In this document: positions 1 to 21,444 of the stretch, one piece after another
Layout of the letters: every line of letters begins with the position of its first letter
Position numbering within the stretch: the first letter of the stretch is position 1
Origin: Chrysomallon squamiferum
Lineage: Eukaryota; Animalia; Mollusca
Direction: 5' to 3'
Assembly: GCA_012295275.1 (NCBI GenBank)
Contig: CM022671.1
Span: forward strand, 30,876,001 to 30,940,000
Length of the DNA: 64,000 nt
Position numbers and translations under genes: made by a program
Notes under the pieces: model-generated
The model's database searches: none
Seen by the model: the letters and a program-made list of their open reading frames with translations, nothing else
Told to the model about the DNA's origin: nothing

Positions 1-1988
1 ATAAAGCAATTCCTAAATAATTCCAAAACCGAAGTGATGTGAATAACTGTGCCTCTCTGAACCTGTTAATAAATAATAAAACTACTCAGGCTACAATGGA
101 TACATTTAGATCCATCTGGATTTGTACTAGTACATGTTCACAGCTAAGTATACGAACAGACATACGGATTTTAGCATCTTCTAAAAAATGCAATATGCAT
201 AATGCCTACTCTTTGCGTTAATTTATGAATTTGATATTTCAAACGCAAGATAAAAGACACTGCTGTGGTTTTTTCTTTATTTGTTGATTAAGGCAAGAAT
301 TATACGCAAACAAAAAAAAGAGTCTAAAACAGATTGATATTTAAATTTCAGAGCCTGTGTGATATTTCTTCATCTCATTGTCAAAGAAAAAAACCAACGA
401 ATCCAACTCTCATTATAACATATTTGAAACATGTCGAGAGGTTTTTTACTCGATGTATTTTATTCAAACAGTTACGTTCACAATGAGCTATTTTAATATG
501 GCGTTTAATTTATTAATCGCAAGATAAATGTTTTCAAAAAAACATTTAATTTGTTTTGCAGGTTATCGCTGCGAGTTCGGTATGCTGCTGAATTTGTACC
601 AAACTGAACCATAATATTCTGGCGCTACTTCTGACTGAAACTGTAGTTTCCTAGCTATGTTTTAGCACCGACCTCGTAGATATTTATTTATCCATTTATA
701 ACAAAGCATCAATTCCCGCTTGTATTAAACGCAAGTGCAGCAAGGTATCTGTGAACGTGAATTAATGATCTCCTAGCATGCTCAGGATTACACGTCATAT
801 TCACTGCGGACCTGTTTCTGTCAAGGGAGATAATATCATGGCCGACAGATAAAGCGAGGGAAACCAATGTTTTCCTGTTTCAAAGACGGTCATGTCAAGA
901 AGCAAAAGTTATCTCAAGCTGATGTATGTTTTCTGTTACGTTAACTTAGATTTAACGCGTCTGTGTTTCACTAAGAGGAAATCAGAACGCGACAAGATAA
1001 ACGCGAGTGATTTGCAAATAAAAGAAATAACGTAACATAAGCTGGCTTCGTTTACTCCATGACTGGGTTGACCGTTTTAAATCAGACAGGTTCTGGGATC
1101 GCTCGCTCCTTAGTACCCATCTGTTCCCAGAACTGATCGAAACATTACTATGATATTAATCACTGCCTCCTTCTAACAAATATTATCATGTCCAAGATAG
1201 ACGTGACTGGACCTGTGCTGAATATAAGTACATTTTATTTGGTTGACTGACTTATTGATTTCACAGTCTAACCGGCTGTCTGGAAGTGGTATTAATTACA
1301 GCAGAACAATGGTAATTCATAATCAATATATTGATAAATCGATCTGTTTTATAAAAGGGAAAGCCAAAAGACCATTTCTAAATTGGACAAAAATCTATAG
1401 TTTGTTTTGTTTAATGACAGCACTCGTTCACTTTGATTCAGTCTGTATGCCTGTCTGGTGGCTATCACAACACTAACATGTCTGATGTAGGCCTTTACAA
1501 GAAAACCTCTTTATTATCTCGTTAGCGGAACGATTTGTTTTCTGTGAACTTGCCCACATCTCTGATGCAATACACTGTAGCATTATCTACAGCAGGGATC
1601 ACCAACACAGTAACCGCGGGCACCAGGTCACACACAAGAACCACACTAGTCGCCCCAGGCCTGTTCCTAAAACATTTAAAAGTTTCTGAGATCAATAGAA
1701 TTTAAAGGTTGAATATTGATATTATCTGTATCCAACCTTGTTAAGTCATTGGTGATAATTATTGTGAGAAATCATTAACTTGATCAGTGTCTTCACATAG
1801 ATGGGTATCATTAATAATAATAATAATATATAACTTAAGGTAAACTGAACAAATTTGTTATTTCAGAAGAGTGTGACAACCTGATAGCCCTTTGTTTGAC
1901 TCAGTAACTGTGAAGTAGCTCTCATGTTCAAAATGGATGGTGACCTCTGATCTATAGCCACGAATATTTAAGTGAAAATCACCTTCTA

Positions 1989-2040
<52 letters not shown>

Positions 2041-3616
2041 TAATAATAATTTAAAAAACATTTTGTCAAAATAAAATCGATGATTGCGTATCAGAATCTA
2101 AGATTGATTGTATGAACAAAAATTAGGTGCCAAATTTGTTTGTAATAATCTTTTATTATGGAAGTGAGCAAAATGCTACTATCTCGTCAGAAGAAAACAA
2201 TAGACTGTAGTCATATTTTTAACTTTCATAGGCTGGAAAGATATACGACGAACTTTTATAACCATTGACAAGTTAATCTAAGAGACACTGACTGGAATGC
2301 AGAACGGCGCGCGGGTCTGCTGAACGATGCAAACTGAGACAGAAACGCTGGGAAGAACAAATTCATCGTCACCGAGATACTATCGTGCAGACCAGACCAT
2401 CAGCTTATGGAAATGTCAGATATAAAAATGACTGAGAGAAAAGATCAAACAGCCTTCTTTTAATACAGCGTGGAAAGAAAAAAATTCATCTTTCGTATTA
2501 GTTAAACATAAAAATTCATGATGTTTTGGAAGGCATCGGTTGATTTTGACGGTCCGCGCGTCAGAACGTCTCAGTGTGTGAACATTGCGTATTCCTCCTC
2601 CGTGTTATTTTTGTTATCGCTTCATGATCACTAGGTGCACCAAAATGTCGCCTCTCTGACTCCCCCGTATTGTTTGTTCTGATAATTAATCTTCTGATGT
2701 TTACTGTGATGCTGTCAGATTTAAACCTCGTCTTTCGACGAAAACACGGTCCACACGTTATCGATTGCTCGACGGAAAACGGAGACGCATTTTTTTTTTT
2801 TAATAATTTTTTTTTTTTTTTTTTTCGTTTCTTCGGGTCTTTTCACTTTGATGAAATAAAATCGGTACGCCAAAGACCAAACTGGGCAGTTCCATAGTAA
2901 GAAACATAACAGCTAATGCGCTGAAATGTCTGGACGATTCCCTTTAATCGAAGCAATAAATGTAAAGCAATTTGCAGATATAACCTTTGATTATCGAGTC
3001 ATACACAATATTGAACCGAGAGACGTCTGCATCTCCTTGTACGTCGTTGCAGTCTTTGGGGTTTTAATTTTCTGGGTTCTGACGTCGTCCTGGAGATTCA
3101 CAGTGCAGTAACAAAAAATTTAAGAAACGAAAACATGATTACACCACTCAGATTGTCATGGTGATCCTTTGTTGCTGTGACGTCAGCGTAAGAAGGAGGA
3201 GGATTGTCTCCGCTGATGAATTACGTCACAAACATTACATTATCTAAGTTAATTCGGAAAGTTTAAAGCACGATAGTTTAATGATAGAATTCAAAAGCCG
3301 AGTTGTCTTAGAATCTGTGAGGCGACCTTTAACTGCTATAAAGTGTTATTTTTTATATTTATAAAAAGTTTACAGCTTCATATAATATTTATTACAGCTT
3401 CAAGTCTCGAAAGTCTCATTACAGCCTTAGAGAGAGATATGAGTTATGTCCCTTGTAGTTCTGATTATTTGGTATTATTTTTTGATGCTGTCGTGTTTTT
3501 CTGCTTGGTCATAATTTTTTGTTTTATCACCGTTTTGCTCATCTGTCTTCTTTCTTTCTTCTTTAAACAATGACGACAGTAGCAGCAACAACAGCAACAA
3601 CAGTATTAACAACAAT

Positions 3617-3618
<2 letters not shown>

Positions 3619-3706
<88 letters not shown>
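3619..3706 (+). repeat. (GA)n microsatellite (similar tracts at ~14790-14869, 18697-18764, 20254-20368, 33773-33850, 49943-50026)
   Basis: Directly visible. Confidence 0.95.
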
Positions 3707-3710
<4 letters not shown>

Positions 3711-4690
3711 TTGATACTTTCCACTAATGAATACACCTGCTGACAGTGACAAAGTGTTATTTAATTTTGACAGCTTCTATTAACGGAACATTTTCTAAAT
3801 GTAAAGTGTGCACGCATTAAAAGAACGTACTATTAGCTGGATAAATAAAAAAAAGTCTTTCACCAGATGATTTCGAGTGTTCACAGAACGAGACTGTTGA
3901 CGTTAATCTCTGCTAACGGTTAATGCCCTTGACTCTGCTACGTGACAAAATACGTCTACACTTGACGCTACAGGAAATCAGATTCTGACTTCGCAAAATT
4001 CATGAATCCGGATTTTAAATTACAGCGTGAACGTGGTGGGGTCTTTTTCTTCCGTGTTTAATTAGATCCATTTTGAAAACTGATTATCTGATGTGTAGAA
4101 GAAGAAGATGATGATGATGATGATGAAAAACAAAAAGAAGAAGAAACAGATTTCGATGATGATGATGGTGATTATTATTACTACTACCACCATTACCACC
4201 ACCACAATTACTGCTGCTGCTACTATCATCATCGTCAACATCACCAACGTCACCATCATCATCATATATTTAATAAAACGAAAGTTAAATAATAAATGTA
4301 TAAATTATTTAAAATAATATACACTACTTAACTCTCGCCCATTCTTTTGCATTTTGCTAGTATTGCTTGTGTAATCACACCACCACTACTACGACTACTT
4401 CGACTACACTAACACTATTAAAATAACAACTACTAGCGCAGCTACTGTTGGTACAGCAATAACTACTGTCATTTGTACTGTATGGCAGCTTCTGTTACTG
4501 CAACTAATGTTGTCATGGCCACCAGCACAACCACAACTACTACTACCATTACAACGAAAATTACAACATCTACTACTTCTGTAGTTATCAATACTATACT
4601 ACTACTACCATAACCACTACTACTACTACTACTGTAGCAATTATTCTTATAAAAAGTACTATCACGACAAGTAATTTATGTATGTAAGCG

Positions 4691-4900
4691 TTTTAGGATT
4701 TGAATATTCTCTGTCTTGTGTACGTCTGATTAGACTCTGCACATAGACAATATTCGGGAACGCACTGGCGCAGGAGGACAAAGTACAATCACGACCTCAC
4801 AAACCCGTCAGATGCCGCTGACGAGACTCGAACGTATTGCACACATTCGCCCGCACTCCGAGTGCGGAAGATGTTATCGTTTGGCCATAAAGACAACCTT
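4691..4900 (-). mobile_element. tRNA-derived SINE-like element, copy 1 (~210 bp)
   Basis: Near-identical to 9438..9646. The minus strand begins GGTTGTCTTTATGGCCAAACGATAAC (A-box-like TGGCCNAACG), then GTTCGAGTC (B-box-like), then a non-tRNA body ending AATATTCAAATCCTAAAA. Flanked by (TATG)n. Confidence 0.75.
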
Positions 4901-6202
4901 GTATGTATATATGTAGTTAGTATGAATATATGTATGTCTATATGTACGTACGTATGTATATATGTATGTATGTATGTATGCATTTATGTATGTATGTGTA
5001 CATATGTATGATGTATGCATGTTTATGTGTATATATATGTGTGTGTGTGTGTATGTGTGTGTACTATATGTATGTATAGTTGCATCATAATGTTTGTGCC
5101 TGTGTAAATTTATATATCTATGAACGTATATACGATTTCATCGTTAAAAAAATTAGAAACAAAATTACGTGAATATAAATCTTCGTTATCTGTTTGCTGA
5201 ATCACGTTTTATCAGAGTTCAGTAAACTCGTCATGTCAGCCAGTTTGTGACAACAGAAGGTCAAAATGAAGTGAGTTTAATTATAATTTTTATTATTATT
5301 TTAATAACAATAACAATACTGATAATTAGGTGAACTTATGACCTAGATACTGTTAGTTCCCCCCCCATGTAACCGACATTCGTATGCACTACCATGTACA
5401 TATATATATACCCACATAGATATGTAGTGAAAAGTGATGTCAGTCACTGTGACCCAAGAGTTTATGAAGTTAATGACAAGTGTACCACGGTGAGGAACGA
5501 TGATGTATATACACAGACAATGATATATTTTTATTAGTGGATTATTATGATAGTGTTTAACTGTGAGGTATGTTTATAACTTGTCACACTGATGAAAACT
5601 ATGAATTTAGTTTACAAGCAGTGTTTTAATTTTATTTTTATTTTTTATATTAATTTTCTGTTTTTCGTATTGTTGTTCTTATCGTTTTGCTTAAATTATC
5701 GTCTTCATTATAACTGCTATATTATGTTGTTATTTATTATTAGTAGTAGTAATAGTAGTAGTAGTATTAGTAGTAGTAGTAATAGTAGTAGAAATAGTAG
5801 TAATTGTTGTTGTAGTAGACAGAAGCAGTATCAGTGATATTATTAGTACAGTTGTCGTTACTATTATTCTTGTTGTTTTGTTGCCGTTATTATTATTATC
5901 AGTAGTATTAATTGTGGATATAGTAAAAGCAGTGCTGTTGTTGTTATTGTTAATGTTATTATTATTATCATTACTGCTGTTATAATTTATTCTTGTTGTT
6001 TTTGTTTCTTTTTCTTTCTTCTTTTTTCCTCCTTATTTATTGCTGTTGTTATTATTATTATTATTTTCAGAAGTAACTATGGGTTTTCTGCACTTATTTA
6101 ACTTTAACAAAATATTAATGTATTCATCAGTACTAACAGAAGTAAATTTTGAAGATAAAAATTGACCACAGTAAGTGCTTCCAGTCCTTTCGTTAAATAA
6201 AA

Positions 6203-7204
6203 ATGGCGGAACAGAAAACGTCTCCGATCAAAGGGAGAGAATACAAGAATGTTATTGTCATCTCACTTTCATTCTTTGTCGTCTTCACGTCCTACGTAGC
6301 CATACAAAACCTCCAGAGCAGCTTAAACCAGGAACAGAGCCTTGGAGTTATTTCCCTTTCTACTCTTTACGGATGCTTAGTGTTTTCGGCAATTTTCGCA
6401 CCGACGTTTATAAAATTCACAGGGATTAAGAGAACCATCATTGTAGCGTGGATAGCTCACGTGATTTATACGTCATCGAACTTCTACCCTTCGTTCTACA
6501 CGCTCGTGCCGTCTTCGGTTCTTCTGGGTGCCGTCTCTGGGACTCTGTGGACTGCACTCAGTACGTACATTTCCACTTGCGCTTCTTCCAAAAGCGAGTC
6601 CGCAAACTCGAGTCTCTACAACGTACTCAGTCGCATGAACGGGATTTTCTTCGTGCTGTTCCAGAGCACGCAGATAACCGGCAACCTAATCTCCTCTCTC
6701 GTCCTGCAGCAGGGGACCTACAACACGACCGGAACTGACGTCAGTTTCTGTGGACCCAGTGACTGCCCGGCTGCCATGGGAAACCACACGGTTATCACAA
6801 GACCCGAGGAAAAAGTCGTGTACGTTTTGCTGGGAGTGTTTCTCGTCTGCGGAGTTACCGGTCTTGTAATAACGCTCTTCTTTCTTGATCCTGTTCCCAA
6901 AAGCGCCTGCGTCAGCAGCTTGACGTTGAAGACGTCGGTGACGTCGTGTGTGAGAATTCTGTGTACAAGTCGGCTGATGTTTCTGGTTCCTCTCTTCATG
7001 TTCGAAGCGATGGAGCTGGGAATCATGTTCACTGATTTTACAAAGGTAATCTCCGTAGTAGCCATTATTGTTAAATATATTTCTGGGTAACTTTCTGTCT
7101 GTCTAATTTTGTGCTGCGGGTTTGATAATGGTGGCCTTTATCTTATTCCATCTTCTTGTACCTATGTAGATGATTCTATCGGGTTCTATCGTTTTTTTTT
7201 CTTT

Positions 7205-7236
<32 letters not shown>

Positions 7237-8782
7237 TTTTTTTTTTTTTTTTTCTTTTATTTTTATAAAACATTTTTTCTCTATTTCTTTCTTTCTCTTT
7301 ATCTGTCTTTCTTTCTGCCCATATGTAAATTTATCTGCTGTTGGATCGGAGTTTCTCTATTTCAAAGACACAGTTGATCCATACATAAGTATAATTGTTT
7401 TGCACTTTATTTGCAGTGATAATGCGCACACATATACATAACGTTTCTGTGCATGCGTGCGAGTGTGTGTCTCTATCTCTCAGTCAGTCTCCCTCGTACC
7501 TCTCTCCTCTTCTCACACTCTCCCTTTTTCTACGTATTTCGCTCGCCCTAATTTTCTCTCTCTGCTTTTCTCTTTCTATATTTGTCTTTCTATCTTTCTT
7601 TCTGTCTGTCTGTCTGTTTCTTTTCTCTCAGTGCTGTCACCTTCTCTCTCTCCCCATCTCTCTCCTCCCCTCCTCCATCCCTGTCTCTCTCGCTCGCTCT
7701 CAAATTCTCTCAGTGCTGTTATGTTCTCCTTTACTCTTTCACATTCAACTACGACGCAGTCGTACGTGAGCTGTCCTCTTGGTATACGAATGGTTGGATT
7801 TGTGATGGCGGTGTACGGATTATCAACAGCCGTGTTTACGTTTGTGTTCAGTCGCCTGGCTAAGTTCTTTGGGCGAGTCCTTCTCTTCAGTTACGCCGGC
7901 TCAGTAAATGGGGGCCTCCTCCTCTTCATACTTTTCTGGCATCCGAAAAGCGACGATCTCGTGTTTGTGTTCATCATTGTAATGCTGTGGGGTATGGCGG
8001 ACGGAGTGTGGGAGACACAGATTAATGGTATGTTTTAGACGCGATTTTTATTTTTATTTTATAACGCAATGAATTCTAGCCATGCAAATTTTTATCTTTG
8101 ACTGAACAGAAGTATTCATGCACACACACATACATTATGCATAGATACATATATACATACATATATACATACATACATGTATATATACATACATACATAC
8201 ATACATACATACATACATACATACATACATACATACATAGATACATGCATGCATACATACATACACACATACATACACACATACATACATACATACATAC
8301 ATACATACTTACATACATACATACATACATACATACAGATATCCACACAGAAATATAGACACTAATCACACACTCACACACAAACACACACACACGAAAC
8401 AGTAATTAATATTACAAATACATTATACGTATTTATTGTCATTTTCCGATTTAATTAATTTCTCATCTGTTTTATTTTTTCTCCAGCGATGCTGGCTCTC
8501 ATGTTCCCGGACAAGAAAGAGCCCGTGTTTGCTAATTTTCACACGTGGAAGTCTATCGGCTTCACAATGACATTGATCTACGGATCGTTCCTGTGCGTGA
8601 ACGTCAAACTTATCGTAGCTCTGGGTCTGCTTCTTGTGGCCATGTTTCTTTACTACGGCGTGGAAATTTACCTCAAGCTGTGTACGAAAAGCTTTAACAT
8701 AGAGACCAGTGAAACGGCCATGAACGTTAGCACTGTAACTCAGACCATTCGAGACAATCCTGCATTTGAAGAAGTTAAGTGA
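6203..8782 (+). CDS. UNC93A: UNC93-like MFS membrane protein (UNC93A-like), 468 aa, 3 coding exons
   Basis: Exons 6203-7045, 7760-8027, 8487-8782. All introns GT-AG with compatible phases; total 1407 nt. UNC-93 family motifs: KNVIVISLSFFVVFTSYVAIQNLQSSLN, FQSTQITGNLISSLVL, CGPSDCP, DFTKSYVSCPLG, LWGMADGVWETQIN, FANFHTWKSIGF. Probable 5'UTR intron from donor GTGAGT at 5271 to acceptor TTTTCAG ending 6070. Confidence 0.93.
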
Positions 8783-9437
8783 CATCGCGTCGTACAAAAA
8801 GTTGAAGGATTTTGCGTCTGCTGTTTTGATTAATCAGAACTGGAAACAACGTGGTTGCTTTTTGTTAAGGCTGCAGTTAAAGATAAAAAAAAATTGGGGG
8901 GGGGGGTCTGTTTCTGTACTAGAACCGTTCAGGAACGTCCCGAGGAAGGCAGATGGTGATTTTTGACAAACAGTTCTGTCCAAGAAAGGAGTGGAGGAGA
9001 TTTTGTGTTTTTTCCGAAGAGCAACTTGTCTCACCGCATTTTGTATTACTGTTTTGAAATCCGTGCGCGCCAACCTTTACTGATAATAAAATAGAAGAAA
9101 ATTGTTCAAGTAATTATGAAACTATCCTTTTGTACATGAAATCATTTCATAGAGAAAAAGTATTTTAAAACACCCTGAGATAATGCTTTTATTTAGTCTG
9201 TTTCTTCGTTCATTTTAAAACAGTGGCTATAAATCACTTTGACATGATTCCATCAGACAACTGTTAAGACTCAAACAGCTTGAACAGCGTCTCCAACATT
9301 GCAGGGAATGCTATGTATATTATGGTTGCAAATAATTATGTCTGTGAATGTAAGTATGTATGTATGTACGTGTATGTGTGTGTGTGTGTGAGTGTGTGTT
9401 TCTGTGTGTGTGTCATATATTTCTCTATGTCTCTGTA

Positions 9438-9646
9438 TTTTAGGATTTGAATATTCTCTGTCTTATGCATGTCTGATTAGACTCTGCACATAGACAATAT
9501 TCGGGAACGCACCGGCGCAGGAGGACAAAGTCCAATCACGACCTCACAAACCCGTCAGATGCCGCTGACGAGACTCGAACGTATGACACCCATTCTCCCG
9601 CACTCCAAGGCGGACGATGTTATCGTTCGGCCATGAAGACAACCTT
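9438..9646 (-). mobile_element. tRNA-derived SINE-like element, copy 2 (~209 bp)
   Basis: Direct-orientation copy of 4691..4900. Minus strand reads GGTTGTCTTCATGGCCGAACGATAAC...GTTCGAGTC...AATCCTAAAA. Followed on + by a long (TATG)n tract. Confidence 0.75.
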
Positions 9647-9667
9647 ATGTATATGTATGTATGTATG

Positions 9668-9701
<34 letters not shown>

Positions 9702-10266
9702 TGTATGTATGTATGTATGTATGTATGTATGTATGCATGCATATACATATATATAACTGGGTGTGTGTATGTCGATGGCTCGACAAGCTATTTCTCGACA
9801 CAGAGAGAGCCTGTCCTGAGATAATTTAAATTTGCTTTGAAAAAGGTAGTGAGAAATAACCCGTATATACAGCCGAAGACTGAAAATTAATCAAAATTAA
9901 TCTCAAATAAAATAAAAACAGTAGAAATTACTGCCACTGTTTGTTAGTCTCCTAGATGAATGTGAGAACAATAAGGTGAAGCGAAGACTGAAGGGTCAAA
10001 GGTCAACAATGCTGTGTATCAGACTCGCGCTGCTGTTGGTTTCCGGACAATAAGGGCGTCTTCCTCGACAGCTTATCCAGGAAAGCAGACGACATCAAAG
10101 CAAGGAGAGCGCCAAAACGCGGACCGATGTAGATTGTTTTAATTTGTAAAGACAATTGTTATTTTACTGTGCGAAATTTAATTAAGAAATTACTAATAAA
10201 ACGTTTGATGAATCCATATCTGAGATCAAATTCAATTTAAAAAACAAGAAGATAAAAGAAATGATT

Positions 10267-10437
10267 ATGTATGTATGTATGTGTGTATGTATGTATGTGT
10301 GTATGTATGTATGTATGTATGTATGTGTGTATGTATGTATGTATGTGTGTATGTATGTATGTATGTATGTATGTATGTATGTTTGTGTGTGTGTATGTAT
10401 GTATGTATGTATGTATGAATGAATGTATGTATGTTTT

Positions 10438-10470
<33 letters not shown>

Positions 10471-10525
10471 ATTATGTATTATGTATGTATGTATGTATGT
10501 ATGTATGTATGACTGTGTGTGTGTA
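10267..10525 (+). repeat. (TATG)n/(TG)n compound microsatellite (related tracts at ~8146-8336, 9647-9735, 13150-13330, 56326-56420)
   Basis: Directly visible; source of the MYVC/HTYI pseudo-ORFs. Confidence 0.95.
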
Positions 10526-10568
10526 TATATAAAATCATTTCTTTAACCTTTTTATTCTTTAAATTTAT

Positions 10569-10608
<40 letters not shown>

Positions 10609-12196
10609 TGTGTAGTCATATCGTTTATCTTTCTGATAGGAAAAGATGAGGTAAACACAATTATCTAATCTCATTTAGCCACTATTACTAAAATGGAACG
10701 CATGATAAAAAACAAGTATATATTCACGTACACACACTCAAAGATAAATACTTACTGTGACACAACAATAAAACAAATAAATAAAAGATACTTTAATATA
10801 ACAACTAAGATGTTATTCAGAGCTAACTATATAGAAAGATATAGAAATAATGTGTACTGTGTATTATATTAGAAAATTTTGGGATGTCAAGCGGATGAAT
10901 GAATAAATAAATAAATGTATTAAAAGACAAGCAATGCATAAAGAAGATACAAAAAAAAATAATAATAACGAATAAATGCATGAATGAATGAATGAATAAA
11001 TGAGATATGTTTAACAACATGACAACCGTTTAACAAGTATGGTAAAATTTTATATTGTTGTGATAATTTTGTGAACTGAAACCCGCTGACGTCAGAAGTA
11101 TCCACGTGCAGATATGTTATATTCAGCATACTTTAGTGAGGAAAGGAAATATTTCGAGAGTTTGAGTATCAAGTCGTTGGAGCTAGGACGACACGAGAAA
11201 CAGATCAGGTCTCCAAATCAGGTCTGTTTCCAGTGTGATGATTGTTACTAACTTATATATCGTGTTCCAGCTTCAGGGTTTATTTATTTGTTTGTTTGTT
11301 TATTTATTTATTTGTTTATTTGTTTGTTTGTTAGTTTGGTTGTTTGTTTGTTTGTTTGTTTGTTTGTTTGTTTGTTTGTTTGTTTGTTTGTTTATCTGTT
11401 TACTTATATATTTATTTATTTGTTTATTTATCAGTTTATTTATTTAAAAAAATATGTATATTTGTTTGTTTGTTTATGTATTTATTTATTCATTCGTTCA
11501 CTGATAACATCTTTCGGATAATCTTTTATTTATTTATTTATTTGTTTGTATGTATGCTTGTTTTATTTATTTATTTATTCATTCATTCATTCATAAAATC
11601 CTTCGTATAAACTTTCATTCATTTATTTATTATTTGTGAGTTTCTTTATTTATTTATTCATTCAATCATTCAGTCATTCTTTCATTCGTTCATTCATAAA
11701 ATCTTTCTTCTAAACTTTCATTTATTTATTTATTTATTTATTTATTTCCACGAAGAACAAAAATTGCAACATGGTTTGGTAAGCAGAGTCACAAGATAGA
11801 TAGATATATGACGTAACGAGAAGAGAGTGGCAAATGAATAGACACATATTTTCAATGATAAAAAGAAAGTAATAATTCACAGACAAAATAAAAAAATCTT
11901 TTTATAAAATTAAAGGTTTTGAAATGTTTAGGTTATAAACTGGTTAAAAAAAAAAATATGGAAACAAAAAACAAAATAAAAAAATAGAATTAGTAAAGTA
12001 AGTAAGTAAATTAATAAATAAATAATATCGATAAAAACAACAACAACGAAAAGAAAGGAAAAGATATACAGATAAAAGGAAGAAAAAAAAAAAAAAAATA
12101 ATAATAATAAATAAAAAAACAAAATGAGGATGTATTTTATCTGTCAATGATTTATTTTATTATTATGAAACAGTTTTATTATTTACGTATGAATAT

Positions 12197-12228
<32 letters not shown>

Positions 12229-12528
12229 CACAGATTCATATACAAATGCATGCATTCACAAATAAACAACAACAACAACAACAAAAACATCAACAACAAC
12301 AACAACAACAGCAACACAAATCCTCTTTTCCCAAACACTTGAAAACTTCAATTCTTCAGAACTGAAAAGGACGTATCCGGTTTACGTCATGACACCTTCG
12401 TGGTTGTTTCTCTGGGTGAAAGTTTTCACAACGTCACGTGACCACCCACTTGATACGCGTGCTAGGAACGTGAAGGGTTCTTTCGTCGTTGCATTGTGTG
12501 GGAATTATTAACTGGGTTAGTTTTTGAA

Positions 12529-20645
<8,117 letters not shown>

Positions 20646-21078
20646 TGACAGCTGAATTTAGGAATATCTTTATGTTTTAATTTGGATTTATGACCAAATA
20701 AGGGATTAACAGAAGCTTTGTAAACCCAAACAAGAAGAGATTCTACCTGCGTTTCAGCTGAATGGTTGATCTATCACAATTTATTTATAAATATATTATA
20801 AACAAGCAGGCTGTTTTATACATATACACATCTTTAAGCAGAGAAGTCTAAGATGTTTGCCAAGTTTATTACCAGCAGAAAAACAGAAAAATGTCTGATT
20901 ATTTGGATTAAAGAATATTTTAACATTACTATCTATGGGCACCTTAGGCAAATGAGGCAATCACTGCAATTGTGACCAAGCAGAGTGAGGCAATTAAGTG
21001 TTTTTGCCTCATTTCAAAAAGAGTCTAGTTACAGCTGTGCATACATACATAGAGACACACACACACACAGACATGCAC

Positions 21079-21109
<31 letters not shown>

Positions 21110-21395
21110 AAAACAACATACATACACACAATTTATTTTTAGTGGTATTTTTTTTAATTTTTGTTTATTTGTTATGACTTTTTTATATATGAATTGTGCT
21201 TATAAGTCTGTTATTGTGGTATACAAAACTGTGTCAAACATATAATTTATTTGGTTCATAAAATTATTTTTGGTAACGATAATTGCTTTCAGCTTTCAGA
21301 TTTAAATCATATAATTCTTCAGTGAAACCAGAGAGAGAGAGAGAGAATGTGTGTGTGTTAAACAGAGAACTATACTGAATGCATGGAAATTTTAA

Positions 21396-21444
<49 letters not shown>

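Noticed and set aside
1-3400. Possible exons or RNA gene in the CpG-containing unique region, including a small hairpin GTTCTGGGA...TCCCAGAAC at ~1090-1133
   Set aside because: No recognisable protein motif or phase-consistent exon chain was found, and a 9-bp stem is expected by chance. The region may be regulatory.
4810-4900. Functional tRNA gene at the SINE head (also 9560-9646)
   Set aside because: A/B-box-like motifs are present, but I could not build a convincing cloverleaf, and similarity between copies extends ~120 bp beyond the tRNA-like part, as expected for a SINE.
6448-7065. Overlapping or antisense ORFs within real exons (also 17053-17344, 25447-25894, 48837-49250, 51683-51967, 59785-60781)
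   Set aside because: These are shadow ORFs of GC-richer coding sequence with no independent motifs or splice support.
8076-8393. Numerous ORF-track entries such as MYVCMYVC, HTYIHTYI, poly-I/L/Y/N/V, (RE)n and (SL)n throughout the window
   Set aside because: They are translations of (TATG)n, (AAT)n, (GA)n and similar microsatellites in introns or intergenic DNA, with no splice-consistent coding context.
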